Source: an uncultured delta proteobacterium (lineage in GTDB: Bacteria > Myxococcota > Myxococcia > SLRQ01). From it: a stretch of 64,000 nucleotides of DNA. A program made the translations under genes and the position numbers. Location of the stretch: contig CAVSGM010000002.1 of NCBI GenBank assembly GCA_963727485.1, forward strand, positions 1,312,001-1,376,000, read 5' to 3'. A model generated the notes under the pieces. That model was given only the letters and a program-made list of their open reading frames with translations. It did not search any database and was not told where the DNA came from. How positions within the stretch are numbered: position 1 is the first letter of the stretch; every line of letters starts with the position of its first letter. Shown one piece after another: positions 26,681 through 36,460 of this stretch.

Positions 26681-27535
26681 ATGCGCATTCGCGAGCTGAT
26701 GAACCCCCGGGTCTTCGCCATCCGCGACACCGATCCTGCGGGCCTGGCCCTGCAGACCATGCTCTGGGCCGGGGTCCGGCACCTGCCCGTGGTCCACGAC
26801 GGGGGGGTGGTCGGGGTGATCACCGAGCGGGACCTGCTCCGGCAGCGCGCCACCGCCGGCAACCGCGCCGCCCTCCAGTCCCCGGTGGCCGAGGCGATGA
26901 CCACGCCGGTGGAGACCACGCCCCCGGAGGCCCCGGTGGACGACGTCGCCGCCCGGATGGCCACCCTCAAGATCGGCTGCCTCCCGGTGGTCGACGACGG
27001 GGTCCTGGTGGGCATCGTCACCACCACCGACCTCCTCGCCTGGCAGGGGCGCCGGGCCTTCGACCCCACCCCCCACTCGGGGCTCACCGTCGGCGCCCTG
27101 ATGAGCCGGGAGCCGGCGTCGGTCCACGTGGGCGACGGCCTCCTCGCCGCCGCCGAGCGGATGTCCATCCTCGGGGTCCGCCACCTGCCGGTGGTCGACG
27201 AGGCGATGCAGGTGGTGGGCATCCTCTCGGACCGCGACGTGCGCATCGCCATCGGTGGCCCCCCCGACCAGCTGCGCGCCCCCCAGGCCCTGGCGCGGAT
27301 CCGGGGCATGCGGGTCGATGAGGCCATGACCGCCGAGCCCCTGACCCTCGAGACCAGCACCCCCCTGATGACCGCGGTGAGCTACCTCATCGACTGGCGC
27401 ATCGGGGCAATCCCGGTGGTGGACGACGCCGGGCGCCTCGCTGGGATCCTGTCGTACGTCGACGCCCTGCGGGGGCTGCGGGAGGTCGAGCTCCGCCGGG
27501 AGGTCGAGGCGCCGGAGAAGCGGCCGCGGGCGTAG
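26681..27535 (+). CDS. Four-CBS-domain protein (paralog of 23938-24754)
   Basis: MLWAGVRHLPV, IGCLPVVD, GVRHLPVVD, DWRIGAIPVVD; AGGAGG RBS. Confidence 0.92.
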   Translation: MRIRELMNPRVFAIRDTDPAGLALQTMLWAGVRHLPVVHDGGVVGVITERDLLRQRATAGNRAALQSPVAEAMTTPVETTPPEAPVDDVAARMATLKIGCLPVVDDGVLVGIVTTTDLLAWQGRRAFDPTPHSGLTVGALMSREPASVHVGDGLLAAAERMSILGVRHLPVVDEAMQVVGILSDRDVRIAIGGPPDQLRAPQALARIRGMRVDEAMTAEPLTLETSTPLMTAVSYLIDWRIGAIPVVDDAGRLAGILSYVDALRGLREVELRREVEAPEKRPRA

Positions 27536-27558
27536 GTGGCGGCCGGGACACCCCCGCC

Positions 27559-27788
27559 GGCACGAACCGGCGGGGATCCAGACCACTTTGTGTCGCGGGA
27601 CCTGTCTCGGAGGACCCGCCGGGGAGGCCGCCGGCCGGCGGCGTCACAATCGACGCGTACGTCCGGACACACTGCTCGAGGCTTCCCGAGCGGTCTCGTT
27701 GGCCCGGCACACCACTGCTGGCGCGAACCAGCCGGCATCCAGACCACTTTGTGTCGTGGGACCCGTCCCGGAGAACCCACCGGGGTGG
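27559..27788 (+). repeat. Imperfect ~69-bp direct repeat x2, 161-bp period, intergenic
   Basis: Copies ~27559-27627 and ~27720-27788; identical 20-bp core ATCCAGACCACTTTGTGTCG at 27576 and 27737. Confidence 0.9.
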
Positions 27789-27830
27789 TGGACCGACGTG
27801 GGTTGCCGGTACCGGCGCCGCCGCCGGCGG

Positions 27831-28940
27831 CTACCTCGCCGTGTGGCACGCCACGCAGGTGCTCGACGTATGCATCTGGCTCTCCCGGCCGGTGAAGCCG
27901 GCGGGGTGAGGGTCGCCGCCGGGGCCGCCCGGCTTGTGGCAGTTCACGCAGATGCTCGCCGCGCCCTGGTCGTGGCAGGCGGCGCACTGCTCGATGTGCA
28001 TCCGAGCCTGGAGGCCGTGGTTCTGGATCCACCCGGTGGGGTGCGGCGAGGTCGGGAGGTTCAGGTCCTTGGCCACGCCCCGGGTCTTGTCGTGGCAGTC
28101 CTTGCAGAAGGTGGTGCCGTGGCAGGTCTGGCACGTCGCCGGGTGCGCGTCGGCCTCGAGGGCGTGGCGGCCCAGCCAGTCACCCCGGTGGATGAAGTGC
28201 CGGTCGGTGCGGTCGGGCATGGACACCGAGGCGCGCACCGGCGTGGTCCGGCTGTGGCAGTCGGCGCAGAAGGTCGGGTCGTGGCAGGTGGCGCAGAGGG
28301 TGGACGAGCCCTTGGCCCAGGCCCCGTGCATCCCGAAGAACCCGGGCCCGTGCACCGCGGTGCCGGTGGAGGTGTAGGTCAGCTCCCGGAGGTTCTTGTG
28401 GCAGCTGTCGCAGGCCAGGCGATCCATCTGCTGCTGGTGGACGTGGCAGGTGCGGCACACGTTCATCTTGGGCAGGAGCCGCTCGGTGACGTGGGTCGCC
28501 GTCTGCCCGTTGGTGTGGCAGGTCAGGCAGGTCACGCCCTTCATCGCCAGGTGCGCCTTGTGGTTGAAGTGCAGCTGGATGGGCTCGGGCGGCGGCACCG
28601 CCGAGGGATCCTTGGCGTTGACGTGACACATGCCGCACTTCTTCTTGGCCTGGGCCTCGTCGTGGCACTGATAGCAGAAGTCCATCTTGGGCTTGTGCAC
28701 CGTGCCCGCCACCGTGGCGTCCTGGGCGTTGTCGTGGCAGTCGGTGCAGGCCACGCCGTTCTCGTAGTGCTTGTGGTGCGAGAAGATGAGCTGGTCGGGC
28801 TGGGGCAGCTCCCCGGGCTTGGGGAAGAGGACCACCGGTCCGGCGGGCGGGGCGGGCTTGTCCGGCTTCGCCGGCCCGGCAGCCAGCGCCGGGAGGGTCA
28901 CGGCCGCGGCGACGACGAGGGCGAGGGTGCGTCGGATCAC
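27831..28940 (-). CDS. Periplasmic multiheme cytochrome c, 13 CxxCH (cytochrome c3/c7-like repeats plus doubled-CxxCH units)
   Basis: Sec signal; FSH..H...C..CH modules; 13 CxxCH counted; GTGA overlap with the upstream gene. Confidence 0.92.
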   Translation of the reverse strand: MIRRTLALVVAAAVTLPALAAGPAKPDKPAPPAGPVVLFPKPGELPQPDQLIFSHHKHYENGVACTDCHDNAQDATVAGTVHKPKMDFCYQCHDEAQAKKKCGMCHVNAKDPSAVPPPEPIQLHFNHKAHLAMKGVTCLTCHTNGQTATHVTERLLPKMNVCRTCHVHQQQMDRLACDSCHKNLRELTYTSTGTAVHGPGFFGMHGAWAKGSSTLCATCHDPTFCADCHSRTTPVRASVSMPDRTDRHFIHRGDWLGRHALEADAHPATCQTCHGTTFCKDCHDKTRGVAKDLNLPTSPHPTGWIQNHGLQARMHIEQCAACHDQGAASICVNCHKPGGPGGDPHPAGFTGRESQMHTSSTCVACHTAR

Positions 28941-30259
28941 GAGCGGCCTCCCAGATCGAACTCGGTCACCAGGCGGATGAGGGCCCGGGCGTCGAAGGCG
29001 CTGACCACCGTCCGGCCGAGCTCCCCGCCGACGCCGAGGTAGACGCCCTTGGTGACCTGGTACTCCCCGAAGAGCTGGGCGGCGAGGCTCTCGCTGCCGG
29101 CCCGGGGATCGGAGAGCGGCGGCGAGTCGTAGAGCCAGGCGAGGAGATCGAGCGACGCCTGGAACTTCTCCAGCGGCCGCCACCGCCCGGAGAGGCGGAG
29201 GCTCACGTAGCCGTTGTCGCCGGTGGGCATCCGCTCCACCGCGAAGGTGGCCCAGAGCCTCGGCAGGGGATAGGCGGTGATGCGGGCCCCGTAGCGGTCC
29301 CCCTGGGCCCCGAAGCCCGCACCACTCGAGCTGGGAAAGAACACCCGGGCGTAGTGGACCTTGAGGACCCACTGCGGGGTGACCGCGTACTGCACGAAGG
29401 CCCGGGCCTCGGCGTAGTCGGAGAGGGTGAACACGCTGAAGATCGACGACTGGTCGATGAGGCGGCCGGGGCTCGCCTGGGCGGCGCCGACCCCGATGGT
29501 GAGCCGGTCGATGGGCCGCAGCCGCAGCATCGCCCGGGCCTGCATCAGCGCCCCGCCCCCGAGGAAATCCCAGGCGGCGTCGGCGACCACGTCGAAGTGG
29601 TTGGAGAGGTCGAGGGCCAGGTCGGCGCCGGCGGCGTCCCGGGCGATGACCCCGGCGCTGCGCGCCTGCATCCAGCTCACCCCGGCGTTCACCAGGCCGA
29701 AGTGGCGCAGACCCACCCGGCCCCCGACCACCCAGTCGGCGGCGGTGTAGTTCTGGAACCGCGAGCGGTCCACGTGCCCGCCGTAGACCTGGAGGTCGGC
29801 GTTGCCGTAGGACAGGCGCAGCCACCCGCCGTCGATCTGGCCGAAGTAGCCGCTGGCCGGCCCGGTGTCGACGATCTGCCGGCCCACCCGGGCGTCGAGG
29901 TGGCCCTTGGGGTCGAGGTACTGGGCGAAGAGGAGGTTCACGTCCGCGGCCGCCGGCTTGCCGGTGACCGAGTCGCCCCCGGCGCCGAGGGTGCCGCTGC
30001 CCCACACCGAGGCGTGGACCGAGAGCCCCGGGGTCCCCAGGTCGTAGCCGGTGAGCTCCAGCCACTGGTAGACCGGGTAGCCGGCCACCGGGCCCCCGTA
30101 GGCCTGCTCCTGGGCGAGGAAGAGGGTCCGGGTGTGCAGGGTGAGCCGGCCCTGGGAGGTGGCGCCGGCGGGGGCGTCCTTGGCGGTGCCGTCGTCGCCC
30201 CGGGCGGCAAAGGGCAGGGCGAGGGCCGAGGCGAGGATGATGGCGGTGAGCCGTCTCAT
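28937..30259 (-). CDS. Putative outer-membrane beta-barrel (porin) of a porin-cytochrome complex
   Basis: Signal peptide, no heme motif, alternating amphipathic aromatic-rich strands (RVGRQ..., IDGGWLRLSY); lies between multiheme genes with overlapping start/stop codons. Confidence 0.75.
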   Translation of the reverse strand: MRRLTAIILASALALPFAARGDDGTAKDAPAGATSQGRLTLHTRTLFLAQEQAYGGPVAGYPVYQWLELTGYDLGTPGLSVHASVWGSGTLGAGGDSVTGKPAAADVNLLFAQYLDPKGHLDARVGRQIVDTGPASGYFGQIDGGWLRLSYGNADLQVYGGHVDRSRFQNYTAADWVVGGRVGLRHFGLVNAGVSWMQARSAGVIARDAAGADLALDLSNHFDVVADAAWDFLGGGALMQARAMLRLRPIDRLTIGVGAAQASPGRLIDQSSIFSVFTLSDYAEARAFVQYAVTPQWVLKVHYARVFFPSSSGAGFGAQGDRYGARITAYPLPRLWATFAVERMPTGDNGYVSLRLSGRWRPLEKFQASLDLLAWLYDSPPLSDPRAGSESLAAQLFGEYQVTKGVYLGVGGELGRTVVSAFDARALIRLVTEFDLGGRS

Positions 30260-31857
30260 TGGCCGACCTCCACGATGCCGTCGATGTGCTTGGACTTGTC
30301 GACCCAGTGGAAGTTGTCGTCGATCACCTGGCCGTGGCAGCCGCCGCAGGTGGTCGCCTGCGGGTGGGGGCTCCCGTCCATCTTGAGCTTGGGCGGGGTC
30401 CCGTGGCAGGTGCCGCAGACCACCTGGGCCTTGGGATCGTTCCACACCGGGCTGGTCGTCGGGCCCCCGGGGAGGCCGGCGCCGTGGCACCAGACGTTCT
30501 GGCAGGTGCCGGTGGTCGGGTCGAAGGTGGGGTCGAGGCCCCCGGCGGCGGCGACGCCCGTGAGGTGGACCAGCTGGTCCTTGGTGGCGTCGAGGTGCCC
30601 GGGGTCGCCGACCTTGGCCGGCACCGTGTGGCAGATGTCGCAGGTGGCCGCGACCCGCGCCGCGCCCTCGGAGAGGTGCGCGTCATGGGCGCCCACGGTC
30701 ATCAGGCTGGGGTCGGTGTTGCCGTCGGGGTCGCGGAAGGGCACCGGGTCGCTCGGGCCGGCGTGGCAGCCGCTGCACGAGTCGGTGTTCGCCCGGACCT
30801 CGATGATCCCGTCGTTGTGGAGCTCGGGGCGGGCGATGGTCATCCCCGGGCCCGCGGTGGCGTGGCAGATCTGGCACTCGGTGGACTGGGGGTGGAGGGT
30901 CACGCCGTCGGGCATGAACGGCGGCGGGGTCCCGTGGCAGGCGCCGCACTTGCCCGCGGCGTCGCCGCTGTTCCAGCTCGGCGAGGTGAGGGTGCCACCG
31001 GTGAGGCCGAAGCCGTGGCAGGCGACGTTCACGCACTGCCCGGTGCTCGCGTCGAAGGAGGGGGTGGCGCCCCGGGCCAGGGCCAGGCCGGAGAAGGTCA
31101 CCCGGGCCTTGGCGTCGGGGTGGATGTGGACCGGGTCGTCGAAGCGCTTGGGCACCTGGTGGCAGTCGGTGCAGCTCACCCCGAGGAAGCCCTCGTCGGC
31201 GTGCTGGTGGCTCTCGTGGGCCCCGCCGGCGGAGAACAGCGGCCCCGGCGGCGGCCACCCGTCGGCGGTGGTGCCGTGGCAGGTGTTGCAGGCCTCGGGG
31301 GTGGAGGCGTGGCAGCGCAGGCACGAGGCCTGCTCGCCGAACTGCCCGCCGTCGTAGGCGGCGCCGTGGCAGTTGCGGCAGCTCGCCATCGTCCACCCCT
31401 CCCGGGCCACCCGGCGCCCGTGGAAGTCCGTGTCCTGGGGGTTGAGGATCCCCGGGGGGTGGAAGAACGACTCGAAGTACCCGAGCTTGTCGGCGACCAC
31501 CCACTGGGTGAGCATCGCCAGGCGCTTCGCCCGGGTGGGGGCGTCGGCGGCGAGGTAGGTGGCGTGGTCCCCGCTGGCCAGCTTGGTGAGCAGGAGGCTG
31601 GTGCCGTCCCCGGCGATGAGGTTGGGGGTGGCGTCGCTCCCGCCGCCGAGGGCGTGCTCGTAGGTGTCCAGGGCGTAGCTGCCCGCCGGGGTGTCCCCGG
31701 CGTGGCAGCTCGTGCACTGGGCGGCGAAGAGCGGCTTGACGTCCTTCACCCAGGTCACCGGCGGGGCCGGGGCCTTCCGGGCGGTGGAGCAGGCGGTCGA
31801 TAGGGCCAGGAGCGCGACCGCCGCGCCCCAGCCCCGTCTCGTCGGGGGGCGTCGCAT
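30256..31857 (-). CDS. Multiheme lipoprotein cytochrome c with Geobacter-type CxxxxCH/CxxCH repeats (11 CxxCH + 2 CX4CH)
   Basis: Lipobox LSTAC; N-terminal planctomycete-type monoheme domain; CVNVACH...W...CGACH and CQNVWCH...W...CGTCH. Confidence 0.9.
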   Translation of the reverse strand: MRRPPTRRGWGAAVALLALSTACSTARKAPAPPVTWVKDVKPLFAAQCTSCHAGDTPAGSYALDTYEHALGGGSDATPNLIAGDGTSLLLTKLASGDHATYLAADAPTRAKRLAMLTQWVVADKLGYFESFFHPPGILNPQDTDFHGRRVAREGWTMASCRNCHGAAYDGGQFGEQASCLRCHASTPEACNTCHGTTADGWPPPGPLFSAGGAHESHQHADEGFLGVSCTDCHQVPKRFDDPVHIHPDAKARVTFSGLALARGATPSFDASTGQCVNVACHGFGLTGGTLTSPSWNSGDAAGKCGACHGTPPPFMPDGVTLHPQSTECQICHATAGPGMTIARPELHNDGIIEVRANTDSCSGCHAGPSDPVPFRDPDGNTDPSLMTVGAHDAHLSEGAARVAATCDICHTVPAKVGDPGHLDATKDQLVHLTGVAAAGGLDPTFDPTTGTCQNVWCHGAGLPGGPTTSPVWNDPKAQVVCGTCHGTPPKLKMDGSPHPQATTCGGCHGQVIDDNFHWVDKSKHIDGIVEVGQ

Positions 31858-33930
31858 CAGGGCGTCTTGGTGTGGACCACGTCGACGCCGAAGGCCTGGC
31901 CCGCGCCGTGGCAGACCTCGCAGGACTCGACACCGGAGGCCGTGGTGTTCAGGGCCGCGTGGGCCGCGGTGGCGGCGCTGTCGTGGCAGGTCAGACAGGG
32001 GGTGGCCTCGGGCACCTCGTAGCTGGTCCCGATGTGGCAGGTGGTGCAGGCGCCCAGCTGCCCGGGGAACCGGACGTCGCTGAAGTCGTGCTTGCTGCCA
32101 CCGTAGCCGTAGACCGTGAGCCCGTTCTGCAGGTTCTCCCCGGCGTGGATCTTGTGGATGAGCACCGGGAAGTAGATGGACTGCGGGGTCCCGGCGCTCG
32201 CCGGCCGCTGGGAGGCGTCGGTGGCGTTCATGTTGTGGCAGACCACGCAGTACTTGGTGTTCTTGCGGATGGTGCCGTGGAGCTCGAGCTTGTAGTGGCA
32301 CTTCTCGCACTTGGCCTGGTCGACGATCTCCTCCCGGGGGGTCGGGGTCCCGCCGCCCACCGCGAAGTAGGCCACCGGGTTCATCGCCGTCTCCCGGAAG
32401 GAGCCGGCGGTGCCGTAGCGGGTGAAGGGGATCATCTGGTAGCCCTCGAGGCCCACGGTCACCGACTCCCCGCCGGCGAGGGTGGTGGGCAGGGGGTTGG
32501 CGCCGGTGACGGTCCAGGAGCCGTCGGGGTTCTGGGTGGCGCCCGAGAGGTCCTCGCTCACCGACCAGGCGATGTCGGCGTTGGGCCCACCGATGTTGGC
32601 GACGATCCGGGCCAGATCCGAGACCAGGATGGCGTTGCCCGCGTCGTCCTGGACGGTGAAGGTGATGGTGGGCGCGGTGTCGGGCGCCACGTTGGTCACG
32701 TCGACGATGGCCAGGTCGAGGCCCGGGAGCTGGCCGTTCTTCTTCAGCCAGGCCTCGTCGGTGAGGTGGCGGTCCTGGAAGTCGAAGAGGGCCCCGGCGG
32801 CGTGGCAGAGGCTACAGCTGTCCGGCGCCTCGGCCCCGGCGGGGTGGAGCACCTTGCCCGCCGGCGGCGGGTCCACGAAGGAGATGGTGTCGTGGCAGGT
32901 GGTGCACACGAACTCGGTGATCTCGGTCTTGGTGAGGTCCTCCTGGGCGGCGCCGGCGTGGCAGGTGGAGCACTGGCGCTGGTCCCGGGGGAAGCGCACG
33001 CCGGTGACCGTGCCGTCCGGCAGCTTCTCGGACCACACGTGGAGGACGTCCCGGTAGCCGGCGATGGCGTACTGGGTGCCCGGCGGGCCGTTGACCACGC
33101 TGGGGAGGTCCACGCCCATGTGGATCCGGTGGATGAGCACCGGGAGGTTGACGGTGTTGCCGGTCTGGGCGTCGGAGCTGGCGTCGTTGTGGCAGGTGAT
33201 GCACAGGCCGACCAGCCGCCGGGCCCCGCCGTGCATCGCCAGGGGGTTGTGGCACTGGTTGCAGTTCTTCGTGAGGACCACCTGGCGGGTCTGGGGTGTG
33301 GCGCCCGAGGGGGTGAAGTCGACGAAGTCGTTGCCCACGTAGGTGGTGTTCTGGAAGTCGCGCTCGCCGTAGGCGGCGACCCGGATGGAGGTGGTGGGAT
33401 CCGGCGCCTGGGGGAGCTGCACGTTGCTCACGTAGGTGTAGGTGCCGAGGGTGACCTCGGTGGTGGTCCCGTTGCGCTCGCTGGTGGCCTGGGTCGCCGG
33501 TGTTCCCGCCCGCGGCGGTCTCGGTCCGGGTCACGTAGGAGTGGTAGCGGCCGGTCGCCGGGTCGAGGTAGGCGAACACGAAGCTCGGGGTCACCGAGCC
33601 CTCGGTCATCCGGCCCGCCACGTCGAGGGCGTCGCCGTTGTCGTCGGCGAGGGTGTAGGTCACCTGGAAGTGGTTGTCGGCGGTGACCTTTGGATCCGAG
33701 AGGGTGAGCACCAGCCCGGGCCCGGAGTAGAGGGCGCTGGGCCCCTGGGGCCCGGCGGGGCCCGTGGGACCGGTGGCCCCGGGGGTCCCGGCGTCACCGG
33801 TGCCGCCGGTCTGGCCGGCGGGGCCCTGGGCGCCGGTCTGGCCGGCGGGGCCCGTGGGCCCGGGAGGGCCCTCACAGGCGGTGACGAGGACGAGCGAGAG
33901 CAGAAGTGGGATCCAACGGATAGACGGCAT
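31857..33930 (-). CDS. mtrC: OmcA/MtrC-family decaheme outer-surface lipoprotein (single-base frameshift ~33497)
   Basis: Lipobox VTAC plus collagen-like GPxG linker; 5+5 CxxCH separated by a beta domain; HGGARR, IHRIH, IHKIH and FP motifs typical of MtrC/OmcA. Confidence 0.9.
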
Positions 33931-33964
33931 GGGGCCTCCCTGGGACGACGCGTCTCGGAGGCAT

Positions 33965-33980
33965 TCCAACGCGCGTGCCA
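33965..33980 (-). promoter_or_regulatory. Putative sigma54 promoter of the cytochrome operon
   Basis: Minus strand TGGCACGCGCGTTGGA: perfect -24, variant -12 (TTGG). CGCAAAACCTGCG lies upstream at 34135-34147. Confidence 0.6.
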
Positions 33981-34220
33981 GATCTGCGTGGCGCAGCGTC
34001 GCGGTCGGCAACCATCGCGCAACTCCCAGCGTGCATTGGGGAAATGGCCCCTGCCCCCTCTCCGGGATCCACCGGAGTCCGGTCGGGTTTCCCCCCAGCG
34101 TCTTGCAGGCCTTACCGGTTGGCCGGGGAATTTACGCAAAACCTGCGGTGTTCGCGCAGGCGTCCGGCGCAAGGGCGGGCCGGCGCGGGGCCGACCGACG
34201 CACGCCCTACGGGGCCCGGC

Positions 34221-35723
34221 TCAGGCGGCCGGCGCCGGGTCCGCGGTGACCGGGCCCAGGCGCGGGAGCACCACGCGCACCTCGGTCCCCGACCCGGAGC
34301 GGATGCTCACCTCGCCCCCGTGGAGGCTCACCAGGCTGTGGACGATGGCCATCCCCAGCCCCGTGCCCCCGGGCTTGGTCGAGTAGAAGGGCTCGAAGAT
34401 CCGGCTCTGGTGCTCCGCGGGGATCCCCGGGCCGTCGTCGGCCACCGCCAGGACCACCCCCTCGCACCCGGTGTCCACCCGGACGGTGACCCGGCCCCCA
34501 GCGTCCACCGCCTCGGTGGCGTTGCGCACCAGGTTGAGGAGGACCTGCTGGAGCTTGTCGGCGTCGCCGAGGACCTCCACCTTGGCCACCGGGACCTCGG
34601 CGGAGAGGACGATGGACCGCTCCTCGGCCCCGGGGCGCTCGAGATCGACCACCTTGCGCACCAGGGAGACCACGTCCACGGTCTCGGGCAGCAGCTCGCT
34701 GGGCCGGGCGAAGGCGAGGAACTCGACGACCAGGTTCGACAGGCGCCCGAGCTCCTCGCGCACCAGGCCGATGGGCTCGAAGAGGGCCTCGGCCTGGTCG
34801 CGGCCGGTGACCCGGCGCTCCAGGAGCCGGAGCTGGAGGGTGGCGGCGTTGAGGGGGTTTCGGATCTCGTGGGCCAGGCCCGCCGAGAGGGTGCCCACCG
34901 CCGCCAGCTTCTCCGAGAGCCGGGCCCGGCGCTCGAGCTCGCGGACCTCGGTGGTCTCGAGGCCCGAGGCGTAGACCCGCATCGCCCCCTCGGCGTCGGT
35001 GATCACGCTGGAGCGCCAGCTCACCCACCGCTCCACCGGCCGACCGTCCGGGCCCTGACCGAAGATGCGGGTCTCCTGGGAGGTCCCGGGCCCGCCGGCG
35101 CGGAGCCGGGCGAAGGCCGCCTGGGCCGCGGCCCGGTCCGGCTCGGCGACGAAGCGGGCCATCCAGTCGACCCCCACCAGGTCCTCGGGGTCGACGCCCA
35201 CCGCCCGGGCGACGGCGTGGTTCGCCTGGATCACCCGGCCCTCCTCGTCGAGGACCAGGAGCAGGGCCTGGACCGTGTCCACCAGGGTCGAGAGGCGCTC
35301 CTCCCGGGCCGCCAGGGCGACCCGGAGGGCCTCGGCCTCGCGGGTGGAGCGCACCTGGCGCACCGCCCGCCGCACCTGGTGGAGCAGGTCCTCGGGGTCG
35401 AAGGGCTTGAGGACGTAGGCGTAGGCGCCCCCGGCCAAGGCCCCGATGGCGGTCTCCACCGAGGCGTTGCCGGTGATGACGAGCACCTCGCCGCTCCCGT
35501 CGCCGGCGGCCCTGAGGGTGGGCAGGAGCGAGACGCCCACCGCGTCCGGGAGCCCCACGTCCACCAGGGCCACGTCGAAGGGGCGCTCGGCGAGGGCGAG
35601 GCCCGCGGCGGCGGTGGCGGCCACCTCGACCCTCGCCCCGTCGTCCTCGAGGAGCTCCCGGAGGTTCTCGGCGAGGTCCGCGTGGTCGTCGACGACCAGG
35701 ATCCGGGCGCCCGAAAGCTCCAT
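34221..35723 (-). CDS. Hybrid sensor histidine kinase (REC-PAS-HisKA-HATPase)
   Basis: ILVVDD...ALVDVGLPD; PAS domain; AHEIRNPL; NLVRNA; DDGPGI; FYSTK..GTGLG. Confidence 0.92.
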   Translation of the reverse strand: MELSGARILVVDDHADLAENLRELLEDDGARVEVAATAAAGLALAERPFDVALVDVGLPDAVGVSLLPTLRAAGDGSGEVLVITGNASVETAIGALAGGAYAYVLKPFDPEDLLHQVRRAVRQVRSTREAEALRVALAAREERLSTLVDTVQALLLVLDEEGRVIQANHAVARAVGVDPEDLVGVDWMARFVAEPDRAAAQAAFARLRAGGPGTSQETRIFGQGPDGRPVERWVSWRSSVITDAEGAMRVYASGLETTEVRELERRARLSEKLAAVGTLSAGLAHEIRNPLNAATLQLRLLERRVTGRDQAEALFEPIGLVREELGRLSNLVVEFLAFARPSELLPETVDVVSLVRKVVDLERPGAEERSIVLSAEVPVAKVEVLGDADKLQQVLLNLVRNATEAVDAGGRVTVRVDTGCEGVVLAVADDGPGIPAEHQSRIFEPFYSTKPGGTGLGMAIVHSLVSLHGGEVSIRSGSGTEVRVVLPRLGPVTADPAPAA

Positions 35724-36460
35724 CAGAGCACCCGCTCGACCAGCCCCAGCAGGTCCACCGGCCGGAAGGGCTTCTCCAGGAGCGCCACCTCGGGCGGCGC
35801 GCCGGGCCCGCCGAGGGCCTCGGCGAAGTCGGGGCGGTAGCCGGTGATGTAGACCACCGGGATCGGCCCGTCCGGGTGCCGGATGAGCGCCTCCCCCACC
35901 GCGAGGCCGTCGCCGTCGGGGAGGCGCAGATCGACGATGGCGGCCTTGAAGGGCACCGTCTCCAGCAGGCGCCTGCGCGGTGGCGAGGTCCGGCGCCGGG
36001 TGGGGCACCACGCGAGGTGAGCGCCTGGAGCGCCTGGGTGAGCTGGGCCCGGAGGACGTCGTCGTCCTCCACCAGGAGCACCGGGGCCTCGGCGGCGACC
36101 ACCCGGGAGACGAAGGTCGTCAGGGCCCGAGAGATCCACCGGCTTGGCCAGGACGTCCAGGGCCCCGCCGGCCTCGGCCTCGTCGAGGAGGGCGTCCCGG
36201 GAGAAGGCGGTCATCACCACCACCGGCGTCTGGGGCCACCGGGCCTTGACCGCCCGCAGCATCTGCACCCCGTTCATCCCCGGCATCCGCAGGTCGGTGA
36301 GGATGAGGTCCACCGGGTCCCCGGACTCGAGGCGCGCCAGGGCCTCGGCGCCGCCCCCGGCGACCTCCGCCCGGTGACCCTCGTCCTCGAGGATCTCCCG
36401 GAGGTTCTCGGCCAGATCGAGGTTGTCGTCGACGATGAGGACAGTGTGCTTCACGCGCAT
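35723..36460 (-). CDS. Response regulator with two receiver domains (two compensating frameshifts ~36125 and ~35990)
   Basis: VLIVDD...ILTDLRMPG...KP, then VLLVEDD...AIVDLRLPDG...EKPF. Confidence 0.8.
   Translation of the reverse strand: MRVKHTVLIVDDNLDLAENLREILEDEGHRAEVAGGGAEALARLESGDPVDLILTDLRMPGMNGVQMLRAVKARWPQTPVVVMTAFSRDALLDEAEAGGALDVLAKPVDLSGPDDLRLPGGRRRGPGAPGGGRRRPPGPAHPGAPGAHLAWCPTRRRTSPPRRRLLETVPFKAAIVDLRLPDGDGLAVGEALIRHPDGPIPVVYITGYRPDFAEALGGPGAPPEVALLEKPFRPVDLLGLVERVL

Noticed and set aside
27559..27788. CRISPR array or IS200 TnpA fragment (the minus strand reads HKVVWIP)
   Set aside because: Only two long imperfect copies, no cas genes, and the peptide lacks the rest of the TnpA motif (KYR, HUH).
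28937..30259. Calling the barrel mtrB and the periplasmic cytochrome mtrA
   Set aside because: The barrel is ~440 aa, much shorter than MtrB and without its N-terminal CxxC; the cytochrome has 13 hemes in c3/c7-like modules rather than the MtrA decaheme pattern.
33730..33870. Collagen-like Gly-X-Y repeat as a separate feature
   Set aside because: It is the usual flexible linker after the lipobox in MtrC/OmcA-family lipoproteins.
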